From: a virus
IMG/VR virus record: IMGVR_UViG_3300030104_006883
Coordinates: 96,001-160,000 of that record
Reading direction: 5' to 3' (one strand)
Length of the DNA stretch: 64,000 nucleotides
Positions 20,251 to 29,573 of this stretch are shown here, in pieces. The notes below the pieces were generated by a model. It was not told where the DNA came from and did not search any database. It saw only the letters and a program-made list of their open reading frames with translations. A program made the translations under genes and the position numbers. Numbering within the stretch: position 1 is the first letter of the stretch; every line of letters starts with the position of its first letter.

Positions 20251-20809
20251 TATTACAATAAATAAAGACGTGGGGCTCCTAGCTGCCCCAGAAGTCCCTA
20301 CACAGCCGGAAAAGAAGCCAGTTGTTGCGACAAGAGAATTAAAGGTAAGAAAGACCCTTTCGGGTGACTTGATTATTTTCGATCATAGAGACATAGATAT
20401 CGTAGTGATGCCTGATAAGAACAAGATCATGTCTTTTTCCAAAGAATCCTATACAGAGGAGTCTTACCATTCGGCAGACAGGCTTTTTAAATATTTGACG
20501 GACAAGGGTATTGTGCAGAGAAGCAGTGTTCAGGGTGGGAATGTCTATTCTTCTCTAGAGGCAAAGATCGAGGAAACAAAAGACTATAATACTACGCAGC
20601 TTGCACTATTCACCATTGCAAACTTTATAGAAGAAGAGCGTCCCTATCTAGAATTTGAGGATGATGTAGAAGAAGCTTACGAAGATAGGATGACCGATCC
20701 GTCCCCAGAGGAGTCTAGCGAATATGACCCTCGACGCCACTCAGACAAGAAGGGGTCTGTAAGGCCAGAGCTTCGCCCGTATGGATTGTATACTAACTAC
20801 GTATACTAG
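20240..20809 (+). CDS. Hypothetical head-module protein
   Basis: 189-aa ORF overlapping the upstream stop; acidic C-terminus. Confidence 0.6.
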   Translation: MAINITINKDVGLLAAPEVPTQPEKKPVVATRELKVRKTLSGDLIIFDHRDIDIVVMPDKNKIMSFSKESYTEESYHSADRLFKYLTDKGIVQRSSVQGGNVYSSLEAKIEETKDYNTTQLALFTIANFIEEERPYLEFEDDVEEAYEDRMTDPSPEESSEYDPRRHSDKKGSVRPELRPYGLYTNYVY

Positions 20810-20819
20810 GTTGGTTTCT

Positions 20820-21122
20820 ATGGACATTCTAATTTTTATTCTTTGCGCTTATGGCATGACGCAGATCCTCGTCTATGGGAGCATATTCAATTTAATAAGG
20901 CCCCAGACAGGGAGGATGGGCGAATTATTTAAGTGCCCTATGTGTGTAGGCTTCTGGGTTGGTGTTTTTCTTTTCGGTATTAACAAGTACACGGAACTAT
21001 TTAATTTTGAATATAATTTTGTAAATATACTGCTGCTTGGATGCTTGAGTTCCGGAAGCTCTTACATCCTTAATATGCTCTTTGGAGATAACGGTTTAAA
21101 ATTGGAAAACAGATTGAGATGA
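20820..21122 (+). CDS. Small membrane protein, DUF1360-like
   Basis: Likely start ATG 20820; three hydrophobic segments and a CPMCVGFWVG motif. Confidence 0.55.
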   Translation: MDILIFILCAYGMTQILVYGSIFNLIRPQTGRMGELFKCPMCVGFWVGVFLFGINKYTELFNFEYNFVNILLLGCLSSGSSYILNMLFGDNGLKLENRLR

Positions 21123-21424
21123 CAATAACGAAAGAAAATCTTAAAAAATTTATCTTAGAGCAAGTACAGGGTCTTTTAGACCCAGATGCAGCGGACGACA
21201 ATGCAGAGAAACCGGACAGTTCACAATTAAAGCAAATAAAAAGAGGGGCAAGTACGGGGGGAAGGATGCCGGTAGAAGATTATGTTGAAGCACTAAGTGC
21301 CATACTGGCCTCTGAAAAAGTAAGTCCTCAAGTTAGGTTAGAGGCTTTTAGAAAAGTTTTTGGGCAAGGCCCAGGCGCGAGGATACACGCCGAAATAACA
21401 AAAAGAATGAAGGAGCAGCCATGA
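21119..21424 (+). CDS. Small hypothetical protein (MTITKENLKKFILEQ N-terminus)
   Basis: ATGA overlaps at both ends; N-terminal motif similar to 9612. Confidence 0.6.
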   Translation: MTITKENLKKFILEQVQGLLDPDAADDNAEKPDSSQLKQIKRGASTGGRMPVEDYVEALSAILASEKVSPQVRLEAFRKVFGQGPGARIHAEITKRMKEQP

Positions 21425-21471
21425 GAAGAAGAAACATACCTGAAGTAAGGCGATGTTGTAAGGGATCTTAG
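21421..21471 (+). CDS. Putative 16-aa peptide MRRRNIPEVRRCCKGS
   Basis: AGGAG at 21411-21415, ATG 21421 overlapping the upstream TGA, TAG 21469-21471. It fills the gap before the protease ATG at 21474. Confidence 0.5.
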   Translation: MRRRNIPEVRRCCKGS

Positions 21472-21473
21472 CT

Positions 21474-22109
21474 ATGTCAAAGAAGCTTTTACAAGAGTAT
21501 TTTCAGTTGTGCCCTGACGGCGTTTGCGCTGTTGAAACATTAACTGAAACTGAAATTAAAAACATGGACAACGGTTCTGTTTATTTGGTAGGTGTATGCC
21601 AAAAAGCTGGTACTAAGAACGGCAATGGAAGAGTATACAAAAAGGAAACTTTGCAAAGAGAAGTAGAGGCCTATCAAAGAGCAATCCGTGAGAAACGAGC
21701 ATTGGGTGAGCTTGATCATCCTGATGACAGTGTTATCAATTTAAAAAACGCATCTCATTTAGTAACAAAGATGTGGTGGAAGGGTGATGATGTCATGGGC
21801 AAGATTGAGGTTCTCGACACTCCGTCTGGTAACGTTTTAAAAGCGTTGTTAAACTCTGGCGTGAAGCTGGGCATCTCTTCTAGAGGTCTTGGTTCCGTAA
21901 GTGAGTCCAACGGAGTAACGATGGTGGAGGATGATTTCCAACTTATCTGTTTTGATATTGTTTCGGAGCCTTCTACCCCTGGTGCTTATCTAAATCCAAC
22001 CATGAGCGACACTAAGTCGGCGGATTTAAATTTGTATATAAATGAGCAAAAAGACAAATCTAAAAGGGACATACTTAATGAAACTTTAGATGATATATTG
22101 GGAGACTAG
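21474..22109 (+). CDS. gp21: Prohead maturation protease (T4 gp21-like)
   Basis: KNGNGRVY, ALGELDHPD (His), KLGISSRGLGS (Ser), FDIVSEPSTPGA. Confidence 0.93.
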   Translation: MSKKLLQEYFQLCPDGVCAVETLTETEIKNMDNGSVYLVGVCQKAGTKNGNGRVYKKETLQREVEAYQRAIREKRALGELDHPDDSVINLKNASHLVTKMWWKGDDVMGKIEVLDTPSGNVLKALLNSGVKLGISSRGLGSVSESNGVTMVEDDFQLICFDIVSEPSTPGAYLNPTMSDTKSADLNLYINEQKDKSKRDILNETLDDILGD

Positions 22110-22114
22110 ACATA

Positions 22115-22351
22115 GTGAAAGAATCTATTAATGAAATAATAAGTGAAGAGTTAGATCAATTGGAAGAGATTGACATGTTCGGCAAGAAAGCGTCAGCGAA
22201 CTATGACCGAGCCATGAAGTCCCACCATGATGATCTCGCCGCTATTCACAACCAGCTAAAAGATGCCTTGGGAGATCCCGGCAGGCTGCAACAGGTTGCT
22301 AGCGAGATAGTAAAAAAGTTAGCGCTTAAATTCAGAACGACGGATAGATGA
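22115..22351 (+). CDS. Small hypothetical protein (INEIISEE N-terminus)
   Basis: 78-aa ORF, GTG start, coupled to the next gene. Confidence 0.5.
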   Translation: MKESINEIISEELDQLEEIDMFGKKASANYDRAMKSHHDDLAAIHNQLKDALGDPGRLQQVASEIVKKLALKFRTTDR

Positions 22352-22752
22352 TGAAGAAAAGTGAATTAAAAAATATTTTAAAGCCATTAGTAAAAGAGTG
22401 TATTAAAGAGTGTCTTTTTGAAGACGGAGTTTTGTCTGGTATTATTAAGGAAGTAACTCAAGGACTTTCGAGCAAGACTGTTGTGGAATCTAATCACCAA
22501 CAGGTTGAGATTTCTGATTCACGACAAAAGATGGCCGAAGAAGAGTATGAAAGACAAAGACAAGAAAGAATAAAGAGGCTTAATGAGAGCGCTTCAAAGC
22601 AATTCGGAGTCGATATATTTGAAGGAACACGGCCAGCAGCGCCAGACACAAGTGGCCAAGGAGCGTTGTCTGGGGTGGACGCAGGAGACAAGGGCGTCGA
22701 CATTGACGGGATCGTTGGCCTTGCTAAGGGCAAGTGGAAGCATTTAATCTAG
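22348..22752 (+). CDS. Hypothetical head-module protein (MKKSELKNILKPLVKE N-terminus)
   Basis: 134-aa ORF with ATGA overlap. Confidence 0.6.
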   Translation: MMKKSELKNILKPLVKECIKECLFEDGVLSGIIKEVTQGLSSKTVVESNHQQVEISDSRQKMAEEEYERQRQERIKRLNESASKQFGVDIFEGTRPAAPDTSGQGALSGVDAGDKGVDIDGIVGLAKGKWKHLI

Positions 22753-22761
22753 GAGTTAATA

Positions 22762-22977
22762 ATGGGAAGCCCCATACATGTTGAGGTTACGTTAGATGAA
22801 GTCAAAGGCAACGTAACTAGAATGATTAAAAGATTTATAAAAAAAGCGAAGAAGATGCGCATTGTTGAAGAATACAAAGAAAGAATGTATTTTACCAAGC
22901 CATCTAAGAAGCGAAGGCTTGCTAAGAAGCGTAAAAAAGATAATGCTAGAAAAGCAGAAAAGAAACGAAAGAACTAA
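22762..22977 (+). CDS. rpsU: Phage-encoded 30S ribosomal protein bS21
   Basis: 71 aa and very basic. VEV...MIKRFIKKAKK.RIVEEYKERMYFTKPSKKRR matches the bS21 pattern (ALRRFKR...ILRE...YEKPS.KR). AGGAG SD. Confidence 0.85.
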   Translation: MGSPIHVEVTLDEVKGNVTRMIKRFIKKAKKMRIVEEYKERMYFTKPSKKRRLAKKRKKDNARKAEKKRKN

Positions 22978-22999
22978 GTACTATTGATAGGAGCAAAAA

Positions 23000-23545
23000 A
23001 TGGCTTATGATAACATGTTCAAACGCTACCAGGCGGGAATTCAAAATGTTGGATCTTTCCAGGTAAGCGGCCACCCCTTTATTACTGGTGGGGTTTTCTT
23101 ACCCGTATCTCATGGATCTATAAAGGGCTCCGGAATGGGCGTCGATGCCGATGATCATCCTCAAGCGGTTGGTACCTTCGACACAATCGAATTTCCAAAG
23201 GTAACTAAGACTATAACCATCATTAACACGAACTTTTACACCGGAAGTCAGTACAACTCGACTTTGGGCGACGGCGTGATCCATGTTTACTTTGGTGATG
23301 GCGGAGAAGCGCACGCAGCGGCGGGAAATCAGAACAGTGCTATTGCACAAAACCACTACATTACATTGCCAAATACTAATGATTCTATTACTTTAGATAT
23401 CAAAACTAATAAAGTGCATATAGCTAACGGAGCCGCAGCCAATAGCGCGAGCTTCCAGTTATTAGCCGAGTTGACTCTTATTGAGCCTGGTGAAATGTAT
23501 GAACTCACTGGTTCTGGTATTAGTGAATTGACTGGTAGTAGCTAA
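23000..23545 (+). CDS. Putative virion (head-associated) beta-rich protein
   Basis: AGGAG SD, CTATTGA variant at 22981, Gly/Thr/Ser-rich, located in the head module. Confidence 0.5.
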   Translation: MAYDNMFKRYQAGIQNVGSFQVSGHPFITGGVFLPVSHGSIKGSGMGVDADDHPQAVGTFDTIEFPKVTKTITIINTNFYTGSQYNSTLGDGVIHVYFGDGGEAHAAAGNQNSAIAQNHYITLPNTNDSITLDIKTNKVHIANGAAANSASFQLLAELTLIEPGEMYELTGSGISELTGSS

Positions 23546-23584
23546 TAGAAAACTATTAAAAACGTCACTTTAGCGAAAAAAGCA

Positions 23585-23591
23585 CTATTTA
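23585..23591 (+). promoter_or_regulatory. Putative phage late-promoter motif CTATTTA (representative copy)
   Basis: Exact copies at 6766, 9570, 23585, 26748, 29528, 32616, 34241, 46527, 59202 and 60440, each shortly upstream of a start codon. Confidence 0.7.
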
Positions 23592-23615
23592 TTTGTGACT
23601 TAAAATATTTTAGGA

Positions 23616-24851
23616 GTGTTTACTATGTCATCTATGTTGGAACAAGCAGTCATTGATGCTGCTGCTTTAAAAGAGGTAGCGCTAAAAAATGCTGAAGCTG
23701 CTGTAGTTGAGAAGTATTCGTCTGAGGTCAAAGAGGCCATGCGAACTTTGCTAGAGCAAGAAGATGACATGGACCTAGATGATCTCGACACAGACCTCAC
23801 AGGGGAAGATGACATGGAGGCTGAAGAAGACTCTGTTGTAGATAGTGTGCCGCTAGCCGCTACTGATGGGGAGGATATGTGCCCATGCCCTGACGAGGAA
23901 GAAGTTATCGTATTAGATTTCGACGATCTTGCAAAGCAGATGGACGATGAAGAATCTATGCCTGGAGAGATGATAGATGCGGAAGACACCGCTGAAGAGC
24001 TTCTTGACGATGAAGGTGAGTTGGATCTAGATGACATAGATCTACAAGAAAGCATTAAGGGCATTCTTGGCCTAGACGAGGCTGGGGCAAAGCCGGACTT
24101 CTTAGATCTCGATAAAGATGGAGACAAAGAAGAGTCAATGAAAGACGCCGCAGAAGACGCAAAAGAAAAACTAGATGAGGACGCTGATGACGACGAAGAT
24201 CAAGATGATCTTGATGAGGAAATCGATCTTTCTGAAGAACAACTAGAAGAGATTGTCGGTGCCCTGGAAGAGAAGCTCACTGTTGATATCGATGATGTAT
24301 TAACTGGGTGGGCTGGAAGACCTCAGTCGGACCAAAAGCTCGCTGCTGAAAAGATTCTTGCTCATATGCAAGATGATGAGGTTAAGGAAGAGGAGGGGCT
24401 TTCAAAAGAAGCAGTAGAGCAGGTCGAAGAATTAATGGAAGCCAAGCGAGAGCTTGAAGAAAAAATTTCCAACATTACAGAACACAATACAAAGCTAACC
24501 ACAGCAGTGGTGGCTTTAAAAGAGCATGTAGAGGAAGTGAACGCAGCTAATGCCAAACTCCTTTACACAAATCGCGTTTTAACTAGCGACTCCTTGAATG
24601 AGCGACAAAAGAATAAAATTGTCGAAGCTATTTCAAACGCGAATACTGTAGAAGAAGCAAAGGTAATCTTTGAGACACTTCAGAGCGCAGTGGGCAGCAC
24701 CGATAAGAAACAGCCAAAATCACTGAGCGAAGCCGTTGATAGATCTTCTACTCACGTTATGTCTAGCAGAAATTCATCGAAAAGACGTAACAGCGAAGTA
24801 GATCCAGCCGTAACACGCTGGCAACTATTAGCAGGACTAAAACAAAAATAA
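23616..24851 (+). CDS. Prohead core scaffold protein (gp22-like)
   Basis: Very acidic N-terminal half, a coiled coil, then NAKLLYTNRVL...KNKIVEAISNANTVEEAK...RWQLLAGL. Directly upstream of the MCP. Start may be ATG 23625. Confidence 0.8.
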   Translation: MFTMSSMLEQAVIDAAALKEVALKNAEAAVVEKYSSEVKEAMRTLLEQEDDMDLDDLDTDLTGEDDMEAEEDSVVDSVPLAATDGEDMCPCPDEEEVIVLDFDDLAKQMDDEESMPGEMIDAEDTAEELLDDEGELDLDDIDLQESIKGILGLDEAGAKPDFLDLDKDGDKEESMKDAAEDAKEKLDEDADDDEDQDDLDEEIDLSEEQLEEIVGALEEKLTVDIDDVLTGWAGRPQSDQKLAAEKILAHMQDDEVKEEEGLSKEAVEQVEELMEAKRELEEKISNITEHNTKLTTAVVALKEHVEEVNAANAKLLYTNRVLTSDSLNERQKNKIVEAISNANTVEEAKVIFETLQSAVGSTDKKQPKSLSEAVDRSSTHVMSSRNSSKRRNSEVDPAVTRWQLLAGLKQK

Positions 24852-24871
24852 TAATTGGAGGATTTTACAAA

Positions 24872-26662
24872 ATGTCTGTTTTAGAAACATTAACTGAGGG
24901 CATTGTTAACCGTGACGTCCAGAAGGAAGGTGCTGCACTACTTGATAAGTGGTCAAACACCGGGCTTCTAGAGGGAATTGGTAACGATATTGCCCGTAAC
25001 AATATGGCACGTCTGCTTGAAAACCAGGCTGCTCAATTACTAAAAGAGTCGTCTGCAATGAGCGCAGGCGATGTCGAGGGTTTTGCTGCTGTAGCATTCC
25101 CGATCGTTCGTCGTGTATTCGGCGGACTTATTGCTAATGATCTCGTGTCGGTTCAGCCAATGAGCCTTCCTTCGGGACTCATTTTCTTCATGGATTTCAC
25201 CTACTCTGACGATACAACACAGAGACTTTCTTACGAGCAGGGCGATTCCATTTATGGTGGTGGCGTTGTTGGTCAGGCGTTGACTGGCGGTGTTAACCTC
25301 ACTGGTGAGAGTGGCGAAGATAGTTTTTACAACTTGAATAACGGCTTCTCTTCTCCAACAGGTTCCACCTTGTTTGCAGGAGCAGGCTACGTTGTAGTTG
25401 CGTCTGGTACTGTTGGAAATCCCGCTGGTACCGTTCCGCACCCACTTTCGCTGGCAGACCAGGCTAAGTTGGACAAGATGGCAAGCCATGACCCGGACCT
25501 CAGTGGTTCTGTGGTTGTTGTTTGTGAGATCACCGGAGCCACCGGACTTGCACAGCTTAACGTGGAAAATCTAATCGCCTTAAACATTACACCTGGCGGT
25601 GGACAGTTGATTCGACGCACAACGCAGCTTTCTTCGGGTTCTGTCGGAGATTACGCACCGGGCAATGCAGGATGGAAGGCGACGTTCCTTGTTGAGGCGA
25701 CTGGCTCGCAGACCATGCACGGCACCACCGCTGCTCAGATTAACAACCTAGTCGGAAATGTGACAGGCTCCCTGGCCGACGCTGCTACGTTCCCGATTAC
25801 CGACAACTTCGGTGGTACACCTACTGCTGATGGGCTCGCTCTCGGTGCTGTTGTAGGCACTACTACATGGGGACTAGAGAATGAGGTTGGCATTCCTGAG
25901 ATCGACATCAAGGTTGATTCCGTAAGTGTCACGGCGATGACCAAGAAGCTCAAGGCCAAGTGGACCCCAGAGCTAGGTCAGGACCTCAATGCTTATCACA
26001 ACCTTGATGCAGAGGTTGAGCTTACTTCGGTTCTCTCCGAGCATATTGCTCTAGAGATCGATCGTGAGATCCTTGAGGATCTTGTTAAGGGCTCGACGGC
26101 TGGTACACTGTACTGGTCACGCCGTCCTGGTAAGTTCGTTAACCGCGAGACAGGCGCAGGAATTAGTTCTTCAGCAAATGAGGAGCTTCTCGGTGCAGAC
26201 TTCACGGGTACGGTATCTGAGTGGTACGAGACACTCATTGAGACAATCAATGACGTCTCCGCTAGAATCCACAGAAAGACTCTCCGTGGTGGCGCGAACT
26301 TCGTGGTGGTATCACCTGAAGTCGCTAACCTCATGGAGTTCACTTCTGGATTCCGCGCTTCTGTTACTCATGATGAGGACAGAGGAACCGCAGGTGCTGT
26401 AAGAGTAGGTAGCCTTAGCAAGAAGTTCGATGTCTATGTCGATCCTTACTTCCCACGTAACGTGGTTCTAGTAGGTCGCAAGGGATCAAGCTTCCTTGAG
26501 AGTGGCTATGTATATGCCCCGTATGTACCTCTACAGGTCACACCGACCATCTTTGGTACGGAAGATTTCGTACCACGTAAGGGTGTCATGACCCGTTACG
26601 CCAAGAAGATGGTGCGTCCTGATATGTACGGTCTTGTCATCGTAGAAGACCTAATCGGGTAA
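24872..26662 (+). CDS. gp23: Major capsid protein (T4 gp23 family) with a large insertion
   Basis: AFPIVRRVFGGLIANDLVSVQPMSLPSGLIF, KKLKAKWTPELGQDL.AYH.LDAE.EL, LEIDREIL, GYVYAPYVPL, KGVMTRYAKKM; GGAGG SD; strongly biased codons. Confidence 0.97.
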   Translation: MSVLETLTEGIVNRDVQKEGAALLDKWSNTGLLEGIGNDIARNNMARLLENQAAQLLKESSAMSAGDVEGFAAVAFPIVRRVFGGLIANDLVSVQPMSLPSGLIFFMDFTYSDDTTQRLSYEQGDSIYGGGVVGQALTGGVNLTGESGEDSFYNLNNGFSSPTGSTLFAGAGYVVVASGTVGNPAGTVPHPLSLADQAKLDKMASHDPDLSGSVVVVCEITGATGLAQLNVENLIALNITPGGGQLIRRTTQLSSGSVGDYAPGNAGWKATFLVEATGSQTMHGTTAAQINNLVGNVTGSLADAATFPITDNFGGTPTADGLALGAVVGTTTWGLENEVGIPEIDIKVDSVSVTAMTKKLKAKWTPELGQDLNAYHNLDAEVELTSVLSEHIALEIDREILEDLVKGSTAGTLYWSRRPGKFVNRETGAGISSSANEELLGADFTGTVSEWYETLIETINDVSARIHRKTLRGGANFVVVSPEVANLMEFTSGFRASVTHDEDRGTAGAVRVGSLSKKFDVYVDPYFPRNVVLVGRKGSSFLESGYVYAPYVPLQVTPTIFGTEDFVPRKGVMTRYAKKMVRPDMYGLVIVEDLIG

Positions 26663-26684
26663 TTTTAGAGCTACTATAGCTTAG

Positions 26685-26717
26685 AAAAAGGTCTCCACGA
26701 AAGTGGAGGCCTTTTTT
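26685..26717 (+). terminator. Rho-independent terminator after the MCP gene
   Basis: AAAAAGGTCTCCAC-GAAA-GTGGAGGCCTTTTTT: GNRA loop, one G-U pair, U-tract. Confidence 0.9.
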
Positions 26718-26778
26718 GTTTCTAAGTCCGAAATGCACATATGGACACTATTTACTCATAGCGCAGGAGACAACATGC

Positions 26779-28110
26779 ATGGCAATGCCCACCCTATCAC
26801 CAAAACAAAATCCAAGCCCTGTGGTTTTGACCTCCACTGGCTCAACTGCTGAGTCGAGTGAAAACGAGTGGGACAATTCCGCTGGCAATTCTACAAACTA
26901 CGCGTTTGGTATTTATTTAACCAACCAATACGGTGCTTCCAATAACGATTTTATTTCCGGCGCATCGGATCAAGTAGCCTACACTTATAAGAAGCTAGGC
27001 GGAGATGTATTAGATATTGAGTTAACTGTTGGAAATATTTATACTGCTTATGAAGAGGCAGTTTTAGAGTATTCTTATATTGTCAACATACACCAAGCCA
27101 AAAATGTCTTGGGCGACTTGATGGGCAACAGAACTGGGTCGTTTGACCAAGATGGCGAAATGAAAACTGGAGAACTCTCTTCGAGTCTTGGAGGGGACAG
27201 AGTAGAGCTAAAGATGCCAAGATTTACCTTTGAGTATTCTAGGAGAGCTTCTGATGGAGTTTCTGAAGCTGTTGGTATCGGAGGGGCTTTGCCGGAATAT
27301 TCCGCGTCGTTCGATTCGGTTAATGATAAACAAGATTATGATTTACAATCAATAATTTACTCTGCCTCAATTGATGGAACCACCGCTGGGAGCCTATTTA
27401 CAGGATCCATAGGCAAAAATAAAATTACAATTAAAAAAGTATTCTATAAAACTCCCCACGCTATGTGGAGGTTCTATGGCTATTATGGTGGTTTGAACGC
27501 AGTAGGAAACATGTCAACGTATGGAATGTTTTCTGACGATTCAACGTTTGAAGTAATTCCTGCATGGCAAAATAAAGCACAAGCAATGGCCTATGAAGAT
27601 GCCATTTATACTAGAAATTCTCATTATTCTTATGAAATAAAAAACAATACTTTAAGACTTTTCCCTTCACCAACGTCGATGTCCCCGGACAAGTTCTGGG
27701 TCCAGTTCACAGTAAAAACAGATGCTTGGGTAGAAGAGTCTGACAAGGAAGGCGGCGCTGATGGTGTTAATAATATGAACACGCTGCCATTTGCTAATAT
27801 ACCATATGCAAGCATTAACAGCATCGGTAAGCAATGGATTAGAAGATTTGCATTAGCGACTGCAAAAGAAATGCTAGCACAGGTGAGAGGAAAGTTTGGT
27901 AATACGATACCAATTCCAGGGGACAATGTTAACCTAAACGCAACTGAGCTTTTGTCCCAAGCAAAGGATGAGCAACAGGCACTGAGAGAAGAACTGAAGA
28001 CAGTTCTTGATGAGCTAACTTATGCGAAGCTTTCCGAGAGAGACGCCACTATACAGGGGAATGTCAACAACACTATGAAGGTGGTGCCGTCTGGCATTTA
28101 TACAGGGTAG
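26779..28110 (+). CDS. Neck/head-tail connector protein (gp13-like)
   Basis: LGGDVLDIEL...YEEAVLEYS, KQWIRRFALATAKEML.QVRGKFG.IPIPGD.V.LN. Start ATG 26779 inferred from AGGAG SD and CTATTTA at 26748. Confidence 0.75.
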   Translation: MAMPTLSPKQNPSPVVLTSTGSTAESSENEWDNSAGNSTNYAFGIYLTNQYGASNNDFISGASDQVAYTYKKLGGDVLDIELTVGNIYTAYEEAVLEYSYIVNIHQAKNVLGDLMGNRTGSFDQDGEMKTGELSSSLGGDRVELKMPRFTFEYSRRASDGVSEAVGIGGALPEYSASFDSVNDKQDYDLQSIIYSASIDGTTAGSLFTGSIGKNKITIKKVFYKTPHAMWRFYGYYGGLNAVGNMSTYGMFSDDSTFEVIPAWQNKAQAMAYEDAIYTRNSHYSYEIKNNTLRLFPSPTSMSPDKFWVQFTVKTDAWVEESDKEGGADGVNNMNTLPFANIPYASINSIGKQWIRRFALATAKEMLAQVRGKFGNTIPIPGDNVNLNATELLSQAKDEQQALREELKTVLDELTYAKLSERDATIQGNVNNTMKVVPSGIYTG

Positions 28111-28120
28111 GGGGAGTTAG

Positions 28121-28600
28121 ATGTCTAAATGGAAGCAGCCAGATAGTCCCCCGCCTCCCTTATTTGCTGGGAAAAAAGAACGAGATCTTGTAAAGCAAGT
28201 TAATGACGAGCTAATTGAAAGAGTCATAGGACAGCAAATAGTTTATTATCCAATTAGTTTAGAAAAAACTGACTTTCACCCTGTCTATGGAGAAGCGATA
28301 AAAAAATCTTTTTTGCCTCCGGTAAGGGTTTATGCGCTAGTTGAGTATGGAGGGAACCAAAGTAATTCAGATGTCTTTGGTATAGATAAGACTTCTACAA
28401 TAACTGTTTCATTTCACAAAAGAAGACTCTTAGAAGAACAAGACTTATATGTAAGAGAAGGTGACTTTGTGCTATATGGAGAACAATATTACGAAATCAC
28501 AACGATAACCTGGCAAAGACAGCTATTTGGCCAGATTGACCATAGATTTGAGATTATTGCTAGTTGTACGAGAGCCAGAGAGGGACTATTCAATGTCTGA
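28121..28600 (+). CDS. Neck/head closure protein (gp14-like)
   Basis: ELIERVIGQQIVYY...HPVYGEA...VREGDFVLYG; position after the gp13-like gene. Confidence 0.7.
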   Translation: MSKWKQPDSPPPPLFAGKKERDLVKQVNDELIERVIGQQIVYYPISLEKTDFHPVYGEAIKKSFLPPVRVYALVEYGGNQSNSDVFGIDKTSTITVSFHKRRLLEEQDLYVREGDFVLYGEQYYEITTITWQRQLFGQIDHRFEIIASCTRAREGLFNV

Positions 28601-29495
28601 TCCTAAGAACGAACATAAAAGTAAACTTGATTATAGCTTTACGGGACTAGAAGACACTTCAAAGGTGCAAGAAAAGATTTTAGAGCCCTCAACTTTAGAA
28701 ACTATAGATGAATCTCTATATGATTTTGTCAACGAGCTTGACATCTTTGCTACGACAAACCGAGGGTTTAGCAAAGTCCCAGTAATTTGGACATCAGCGG
28801 AGAGAGCTTTTCATATTAAAGAGTCGCCGGAGCTACACGACTTAAACGGAAATATAATTCTTCCTGTTATTTCGATTGTTAGAGGTAATATAACTAAAGA
28901 TCCTGCAAATCGCGGAGGAATATATGCGAATGCACTCCCACAGAACAAAGAAGGCGGCACTATAACAATAGCAAGAAGGATCAAGCAGGATAAGACTTCG
29001 AACTTTGCGAATGCAGACGCCAAGAGACTACACGATCAAAGTACTTTCAAGAGAAAAAATGAAAAAGTTGTATACGAGACAATAACGATGCCATTGCCGG
29101 TATATGTTGATGTAGAATACTCAATTTATGTTAGAACAGAGTACCAACAACAGATGAACGAGATAACAACACCATTTTTGAATGTCGGCAGAGGCCTAAA
29201 TTATTTCAGCTTGGGAGCGAATGGTCACAGGTTTGAAGGCTTTATAGATCCTACACATAATTTTGAAACAAACGCTTTAGACGTAGCTGATCAGGAAAAA
29301 ACTTTTTTGACTACTATAAATTTAAAGGTAAGAGGCTATCTTGTAGGGAATGACAAGAACCAGGCACCGCCAAAACTTGTTAAAACGCAAAACGCTGTTG
29401 AGGTTCGACTACCGAAAGAGCATGTTATTTTTGGAGACATACCGGAAACTACAGACAAGGCCTTTTATAGGGAACAATCCTTAAAAACGAAATAG
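28593..29495 (+). CDS. Tail terminator/sheath stabiliser (gp15-like)
   Basis: TLETIDESLY...KVPVIWTSAER...ILPVISI...PVYVDVEY; likely start ATG 28593; immediately before the sheath. Confidence 0.65.
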   Translation: MSDPKNEHKSKLDYSFTGLEDTSKVQEKILEPSTLETIDESLYDFVNELDIFATTNRGFSKVPVIWTSAERAFHIKESPELHDLNGNIILPVISIVRGNITKDPANRGGIYANALPQNKEGGTITIARRIKQDKTSNFANADAKRLHDQSTFKRKNEKVVYETITMPLPVYVDVEYSIYVRTEYQQQMNEITTPFLNVGRGLNYFSLGANGHRFEGFIDPTHNFETNALDVADQEKTFLTTINLKVRGYLVGNDKNQAPPKLVKTQNAVEVRLPKEHVIFGDIPETTDKAFYREQSLKTK

Positions 29496-29573
29496 CCCCA
29501 ATTTTATTCTTTTCGTCGCTCCATTTACTATTTAATAGAGAATAACCATTTTATTTCATGGGAGAACATTAAC

